A stretch of DNA of 57,709 nt, the filler included, from Dimargaris cristalligena (lineage: Eukaryota), in the NCBI GenBank assembly GCA_003614675.1. It is 3 parts of 3 records of this genome, joined end to end, with 100 filler letters (N's around TTAATTAATTAA, not from the genome) between each part and the next. Parts side by side here need not be neighbours in the genome. Positions count along the whole stretch, not along the records: positions 38,589 to 57,709 come from ML002738.1; 2 more parts are not named here. One strand, written 5' to 3'. Positions 51,264 to 57,709 of the stretch are shown here, one piece after another. Position numbers and translations under genes: made by a program. The notes beneath the pieces were generated by a model that ran no database searches, was not told the origin of the DNA, and saw only the letters and a program-made list of their open reading frames with translations. The first letter of the stretch is position 1. Every line of letters starts with the position of its first letter.

Positions 51264-52703
51264 CTATTGCAGAAGAGGCTGGGTCTCGGGGCCGCGAGTC
51301 CGAGAGGGGAGAAGACGGCCGAGAAGGTCCCACCAAGATTGGGAGCCGGTAAAAATATGGGACCGACGGCACTCGCACAAATCATTTGGTAGGTGAGGAG
51401 AAACCACGCTGGTTTCGACGGAGGCTCCGTCAGACTCGCACACTGCATTAAATGATAGGTGGCCGTCCCGACCCGATCTCGTATCGGTGATGGGTTCATT
51501 AAATGGCCCTGCCGGAAGGGTCAGGGAATCGGTATCGGGTTTGGAAGGCTGGTTGCCTAGTGACAATATGATCACCCCGGCCGATAAAACCAATACCCCG
51601 ACGAGCACCAGTAAAAGTTGGAAATGCTGAAGAGCACGGAATTGGTTGTAGTAGACCAGCCCATTGAAAAGGGTCGACACGTTGTACGAGCAAAAGGCCA
51701 AGGGGGCTAGGATAAGGGTATCGCAGAGTTCTAGGCCCCGGTTCAGGTAATAGAGCTGGAGGAGGGCGGTGAAGACCAGTGCGCCTACAATGAGCCAGGT
51801 GACGGGATTGCCGAACTGGTTATCGCCTTCGAGTAGAGTAATGAGGAGGAGTTCGATGCCGCTCTTGGTGAACAGGAGACTCTGGCTCGATATCATACCC
51901 GAGAGGATGCCGTAGAGGAGGCCGCAGAGGAGCTCCAAGTGGGGAAGGGCGAGCCGGCTGCCACACTGGGTACAGGAGGTACCCTGGGGGACAAAGAACT
52001 GGGTGTCGGTCGAGGAGAGCGAGGGGGACGAATGGGGGTGTAGGGCCGTGTCGTCCAGGGGAGAAGGGGGGTCAGCGGGTAGCAGTAGGGGAATGGTCGG
52101 GTCGGAGGACATGGTGCTGTCGCTGGACGGGTAAGTGCTCAGGGGATTCGGGGCCTGGGTGGCCTTGAGGGAGTCGATGCGACTTTGCAGCGAAAAGGCG
52201 AGCAGCATAAGCAGAAACACACCCAGCTCGAGCAGCGAGAAGTAGGTGATAAAGGCGGGTCGGCGGTAGAGATTCAGGAGGTCCTCGAGGGAATGGGTAG
52301 GTAGGGGTATAGTGCCGAAGGCGCCCACCAAGAGACCACCGGCCACGACCAGACAGGTGGCGACGATGGCCTGGGGACTGAAGCGGTCCCCGAGGATGGC
52401 TTTGGCGAAAATAGCATTGGAGATTAGGGTGACGGACCCCAAGGGCGCGAGAACAATCACGGGCAGCAGGCTGATGGTTAATGTAGTGCCGCAGAAACTA
52501 CTGGCCACGAAGAGGGCGAACCCCGTCAACCAGAGCGGACGCCGATACGAGGGGCGCGGGTGGGGGGTGGTCCGAGCACCCTCGAGCAAATGGCTTTTAC
52601 GCTGGAGCGTCAGGCCCAGTGACTGGAGAAATGAGGTGACGACGGACACGGCGATGCCGATTAATATGGTCCGAGACGGGACGAGAAGGTGGTCGAGGGA
52701 CAT
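51264..52703 (-). CDS. NIPA-family (DMT superfamily) putative Mg2+ transporter
   Basis: QSLGLTLQRKSH, RRPLWLTG, VLAPLGSVTLISNAIFA..LGDRF, QLYYLNRGL and GLVYYNQF, with multiple TM segments. Confidence 0.9.
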   Translation of the reverse strand: MSLDHLLVPSRTILIGIAVSVVTSFLQSLGLTLQRKSHLLEGARTTPHPRPSYRRPLWLTGFALFVASSFCGTTLTISLLPVIVLAPLGSVTLISNAIFAKAILGDRFSPQAIVATCLVVAGGLLVGAFGTIPLPTHSLEDLLNLYRRPAFITYFSLLELGVFLLMLLAFSLQSRIDSLKATQAPNPLSTYPSSDSTMSSDPTIPLLLPADPPSPLDDTALHPHSSPSLSSTDTQFFVPQGTSCTQCGSRLALPHLELLCGLLYGILSGMISSQSLLFTKSGIELLLITLLEGDNQFGNPVTWLIVGALVFTALLQLYYLNRGLELCDTLILAPLAFCSYNVSTLFNGLVYYNQFRALQHFQLLLVLVGVLVLSAGVIILSLGNQPSKPDTDSLTLPAGPFNEPITDTRSGRDGHLSFNAVCESDGASVETSVVSPHLPNDLCECRRSHIFTGSQSWWDLLGRLLPSRTRGPETQPLLQ

Positions 52704-53619
52704 GGCTACCGGGACGATAGGTAAAGGCGTTGGGTTGGGTTAGAGGGGAAGAAGGGATAAAGTAAATGGCTATATACAGAGCGGGTCTGGGAATGAAGGA
52801 GAGCTGTTGCACTGCACACCACTTGAGAATAAACGAGGTGGTTGGTAGTGAGAAAGGGAGATACAGGGAGGGAAAGAGGGAGAGATACACCCAAACAAAC
52901 GGCTTAAGCTGTGGGGGGTGCGGCCAGTCTCAGGCAATAAACGCAAAAGCACGAAGAGGCAGTGGAGTTGAATAAAAGAGCACTAAAATGCAAACCGGTC
53001 TTTAAAAATATCTACTCGCAAGGTATATGGCACTATAACTGCTGTGGCGCACTGCCGAAGCTGGCGGCGGGAAGGGAGTATAGGTAGTCGTAATAGGCAA
53101 AGAAGCCCAGAGTAGACAAAGGCAACCCGGGTTGCGTGATTCTCCGGATTTTAATTCGTCGGGGAATGGGGGACGGGCGGGTCCCTCGATATCGGGGCAA
53201 CGTGCCGGTAGATTTAACCTCCGACACTTGGGTCGGAGACGAACGAATGGCCCGACGGCCGTTAAGTCCATGCCATTCCAATAGCTGGCTCGATGCAGGG
53301 GCATAATATCCGCATATATCCCGCGACTCACGCCTCTCTCTCTATATTGAATTAGGGATTGGCCTTTATGATTGGCCGGGTAAGTAACCACCCGGACCAC
53401 TGCGGACTTTGGAGCACTGAGAGGGTAGCCAGTCAGCACCAACCAAGGTCAGCCCATAAGTCGTATGTTCCATAGTTACAGTGTTGGAGAAGGGGTTGTC
53501 CCATTACCCAGTTTCACTTGGAATTAAACGTGCCATTCCATTCCATCCCATCCCATTCCATTGCCTTTAACCGCTTCTCTTGCTCTCCCTCGCTAATTCC
53601 CCGCTCGTGCACTACCTCC

Positions 53620-54363
53620 ATGACCCGTGTCCGTCGCACACCCAGTATTCGGGCTAGCGATCCCACCCCGGACCATCTAGCCGTACCCCCTTTGTCGTCA
53701 GCCCTGAAACGAACCAAATCCCGGCGAGCCTCCCAAGCCAGGGCTGCCCCGCGTCTATTTGGCGGGGGTGGCCCATCCTCGCCACCTTTGGGAGTTGATG
53801 ATCGGCCCAGCCATAGCCTGACTCCACCCCAAGCCCTAGCGTCCAACGGCGACCCCGACACCCCCAGTCCCCGTCCGCCCCGCCTTCATTATCACCACCA
53901 CCTTCACCACCACCACCATCACCATACCAACTTGACCACGGCGGCCCCATTATCGCCCCGGGTCATGGCCAATTTATCGACCAGCTCCATTTACCGGTCC
54001 TACTCTGCCCCCGACCATTTGGCCTCGTTTCCGAGCGGCTTCTTCTCACCCCCCATTCTGCCGCCCGACTTTTATGCCGCCCCCTACTACACCCGCCGGA
54101 AAAGCCTACCGCTGGCCGATGATTCCGCCCCCGATACCACCCGTGCTTGGGGGTACGTGCTACTTATTGCTACCTTTGTCTTCTTTGCCCTGGGCTTATA
54201 TACCACCACCATTTCTAAATTCATGCCGGTGACCGGTAACCGGCTCCTGGATGCTATCCGGGAAGACCAGTACTACTGCTTACTGGCCCCGCTTACCCTT
54301 ACTGTGGCCTTTTATACCCTCATCTGGAACTGGTTGGGCATGAAGATCTTTCGCCATAATTAA
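53620..54363 (+). CDS. PIGY: PIG-Y-domain protein (GPI-GlcNAc transferase subunit Y-like) with N-terminal extension
   Basis: The C-terminal two-TM module WGYVLL..SKFMPVTGNRLLDAIREDQYYCLL.P..WNWLGMKIFRHN matches the PIG-Y family as I recall it. The start could be ATG 53620 or 53965. Confidence 0.8.
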   Translation: MTRVRRTPSIRASDPTPDHLAVPPLSSALKRTKSRRASQARAAPRLFGGGGPSSPPLGVDDRPSHSLTPPQALASNGDPDTPSPRPPRLHYHHHLHHHHHHHTNLTTAAPLSPRVMANLSTSSIYRSYSAPDHLASFPSGFFSPPILPPDFYAAPYYTRRKSLPLADDSAPDTTRAWGYVLLIATFVFFALGLYTTTISKFMPVTGNRLLDAIREDQYYCLLAPLTLTVAFYTLIWNWLGMKIFRHN

Positions 54364-55023
54364 CCGTCCTTTTCAATGATCGATTGATCGGCTCATTCTC
54401 TTGCTGCCGGTTGCTTTTTCGGTCTCTGCATATTTCTAAAACCGCGGTGCCCTGATCCCTACCGAAATTATATTAATACCACCCGTGGGTTGGTCAGCCT
54501 CCCAGACCCACTTTGTATAGTATCTCAACACGAATGAATTCCCAATACACCCCGTATACATTACTCCATAAAGTCTCATTGAATTTTGATAAGCAAGTAC
54601 CCCATGGGGAGGAGACACAGCATGTTGCCAAGCTGGTTTTTAACTGGGCATGAATCCGGACAGTGTTATGAAGTCATCCATAGTTACCACTTAATTAAAG
54701 CCAAGAGGGAAAAGAGAGTGGTGGAGGTGCTGCGGACGCAACCCTTTCGCTCTGTTTGGGCTTTCTCCTCCCCTGGCAGCCAACCATTGTTATTGGTAAA
54801 TGTGCCTTGAATTTAATAATACCCAAGGCTGTTGTAATAACAAGGCCCCTTCCTATCCTCCTCCTCTTATACCACCTGCTTCGGTTCCCTCCACTGTATT
54901 CTTTCCGTTTGTTTTTCCACCATTCTTCTTTCCGCAGGTTATTTTCGCCGATTCAATTTCAAGTCAACCGCCCCCCAGTTACTTCTGCCTTTCCGCCGAC
55001 CCCATTCCCTACATTCCGCTCCC

Positions 55024-55522
55024 ATGGAAAAGCCCACCCCTCGTGTCAACTCGGCGTTGCTCCCCAACTACATCAACCACTCGGTTCGCATCGTAGGCAA
55101 GGTCATTCAGGTAGGTTGACCCCCCCCCCCCCTCCACTCTCACCTTTTAACCCCGCCATCCCCACGCCTTCTGGGAGTCTCGTCGACGAAATAAAGTCAG
55201 TTCAGAATCCCCCCATTTAACCTACCCACCCTTTCACCCTGCATGCCACTGGGCCCATGCTGATCATTCGTTTAGATCCAAGGCAACAAGGCCGTGCTGG
55301 AGGTCTCCGACCATGGCAAGGTCCTGGTTAACTTGGTTCCGGTAAGTACCGACGGAGCAATCGAATCACCCCCCTCTAGTATACCCTTAGCCACACGTCT
55401 AGTAGGGGGCTTTGTGTAATAATCGGGCCGCATAACGGTCTGCTTCATTATAATAGACAATATTATACATTCGTATTTAACCACCACTATCCTAATATAT
55501 CAATACCGTGTCATATATATGA

Positions 55523-55557
<35 letters not shown>

Positions 55558-55915
55558 GCAAAATAACATTGGCTCCCAGTACGTTGAAATCATCGGGTTG
55601 GTTCAAGAGGACCGCTCTATCCAAGAATTCTCGTCTTGTAATATGGGCGAAAAATTCGGTAAGTAGCTCTCCCGTGGTCAAGTGTAAAATAACCACCTCC
55701 CTTATTCCTCCTCCTCGACTCTCAGCCAGCCTAATATAATGCTCCCCATTAACTATAATTGATAAGAAAACCACATTACTCAATTCAATCCAATGTAATC
55801 CGCACATGTCTAACCCATTAATATTTAAATTGTACCTATCCATCTGTATACAGACTTACCAACGTATAACAAACTGGTCGAACTATCTCACCGGCACCAA
55901 GGACTGTTCCAATAG
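55024..55915 (+). CDS. RFA3: Replication protein A 14-kDa subunit (exons 55024-55110, 55276-55341, 55559-55658, 55854-55915)
   Basis: Not in the ORF track. The spliced product MEKPTPRVNSALLPNYINHSVRIVGKVIQ..SDHGKV..YVEIIGLV..GEKFDLPTYNKLVEL is a typical RPA3/Ssb3 OB fold. Confidence 0.93.
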
Positions 55916-56422
55916 CTGAATTTCCGATGATGTCAGCGCCTTTAATTGCAGCGGCTGCCTAATATATCTGTTACAACCATTGTTTACCAATAAGCCTCTA
56001 TCTACCTGAATCGGGTTTAAACCTTAAAAATAGCACCCGGTAGTAGCGGCTACACTTTCCCACTGTGACTCAAGCACCCGCAAGTTTGGAGCATGGGGCT
56101 AGTCGGATTCGGATAACACCAAATTATAAAAGACAGCTATACGCATGGGGATTTATTAAAATTGGGCTTATCTGGAAAGTTGGGTGGAGCTAAATATAAA
56201 ATGAACAGCAGGGGTAGTAAATTGGTTGCTTGAGTGTTTCGGCGAAACTGTAAATGTACAACATAGAGCAGGAAAGAGGGAATAGAGGGTGATTAAGGGT
56301 AACGTTCCCGTTGGCCAGGATAGTCAAAGATTAAACCGCCGGAATAGATTCCACCGTCCAAGGATTGCCACGAATAAGCCTTTTCAGATAGCCGAGGGAT
56401 CCAATCCATCGCAAAATTAGGA

Positions 56423-56558
56423 CAGAATATGGGTGACCTTCAACCCAACTGTATAAGATTTTACACAATTTGTGTATGGGATAATAACTTTTGACCAGTA
56501 ATATTTACCTCGTCAAATGGATTATTCGTTATACAGCCTGGGTGAACTTCTGCCATAT
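56423..56558. repeat. Diverged dispersed repeat, copy B
   Basis: Colinear similarity with 50431-50578 in the same orientation. Confidence 0.85.
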
Positions 56559-56948
56559 AGACGGCGGTCATTGCCCAATCTAAATGGGATCCGCGAAATA
56601 GATAACCATCATCGAACCAATGCCAGAATGAAAAATAAAAAAAGTAACAAAGTGGGAAATGAAGGATTTTCCTCGACATGTAGTTGTGTTTATATAGGGT
56701 GGTAAGAGGAAAATAGCACCGGCGAAGGCCCAGTGAGTTGGTGGGAAAGCAATACTGGTCTATCAGGTATAAACCATTTACGAGGGCCTACTATTTTAGA
56801 TGAGGGTAAATAATCTAAGCCGGTGGTGGGAATTGACGGATGATGGGGAAGGTTGGGGAAAGATGTTGGAGTGTACATTGTAATAATAATAAGCAAGTCG
56901 GAGTTGGCCGTGGAAGGGAAGGGAAGGGAAGGGCGTCTAGTTGGTTGG

Positions 56949-57671
56949 TTAGACGGGCCGGTTTCCGCCGGTCGACAACGGTGGTGGAGAGGATGAGCTG
57001 ATGGTGCTTTCAGCATGGCAGACCGTGACCGACGGGTGAGCCCCGTTGCTGCTGCTCGGCGGTCCGGCTGAAGTTGCATAGGGTGGTGGAGGTACATTAT
57101 CAAACCCCGGGTCATTGGATCCAGTGGTGCTTAATCCGCCGTGGTGGGACGCATAGCCCGACGAAACCGAGGCCGCGTACGTGGAATTAGGAAGGGTGGT
57201 CACGGACGGGTAGGATGTGCCCAGATTGGGGTAGGAGCCTGCCATAATGGATGCCGGGGGCACGATAGGACGGGCCGACCCCATCATGGCCGGGGTATAG
57301 AGGCGGTCTTGGTAGTGGCTTTCGTAGACGGGCACGGGTCCCGAGGGGTGGAAAATATCGGAAGTTGGCCGGGGGTGGCGCATGGGCGTAGATTGTAGAG
57401 CCTGGGTAGAGCTGGTGGCCGACTGGGGCGCAGACAGGGACGGCCCGGTGGGCCGTGTAGGCAGTTCCGTGGTGACGCTTCTGGTTATGGGTGGTCGAGT
57501 TGCAGTAGTAGCAAAGGCAGTAGGAACGGATGCAGGAGCGGGCATTATATCCTCGGAACCGGGGCTTGGGTTCTGGTTCGGGTTTGGAGGGTTGTTAGCA
57601 TCCGCCGACTGAACGGACACAGAATCCGTTGCGGTAGCCCAGAGGGTTTCCCTTGGCGAAAAATAGTAACC
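56949..57671 (-). CDS. Probable terminal exon of a gene truncated by the contig end; Pro/Ser/Thr-rich tail with PPxY motif
   Basis: Open frame of more than 220 codons with no ATG at its start, containing VPPPPYATS. The 5' boundary is a guess (AAG acceptor near 57672). Confidence 0.55.
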   Translation of the reverse strand, partial: GYYFSPRETLWATATDSVSVQSADANNPPNPNQNPSPGSEDIMPAPASVPTAFATTATRPPITRSVTTELPTRPTGPSLSAPQSATSSTQALQSTPMRHPRPTSDIFHPSGPVPVYESHYQDRLYTPAMMGSARPIVPPASIMAGSYPNLGTSYPSVTTLPNSTYAASVSSGYASHHGGLSTTGSNDPGFDNVPPPPYATSAGPPSSSNGAHPSVTVCHAESTISSSSPPPLSTGGNRPV

Positions 57672-57709
57672 CTTTCAAAGTACGACAATTTTTCTCGCTG
57701 TCCTCTAAA

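Overview
Eukaryotic, intron-containing DNA from a fungus, probably an early-diverging lineage; the taxon is inferred from gene content and intron style only. The window is three separate contigs in decreasing size order (1-19203, 19304-38488, 38589-57709), joined by artificial 100-nt spacers (44 N + TTAATTAATTAA + 44 N), so adjacency across the spacers is not biological. I reconstructed about 19 protein genes by hand-splicing GT-AG introns. Contig 1: MsrA, RSM22, a DMM-1-like JmjC protein, an XPG/FEN1-family nuclease, ELF1, a UBXN4/Ubx7-like protein, AP-1 sigma. Contig 2: a SIZ/PIAS SUMO ligase, an MSS116-like helicase, ATP2, ATP16, an orphan ORF and a truncated initiator tRNA-Met. Contig 3: a WD40 protein, a glutamate/aspartate-type mitochondrial carrier, a CLC transporter, a NIPA-family transporter, a PIG-Y-domain protein, RPA3 and a partial PPxY-containing gene. 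Content is mostly housekeeping, and I see no convincing novel multi-gene system. The most notable signals are a small repeated element with an unusual direct-plus-inverted repeat architecture, branch points consistently far (about 50-85 nt) from the 3' splice site, a plant-type MsrA C-terminus, a head-to-head ATP2/ATP16 pair, and a structured segment at the start of contig 3.
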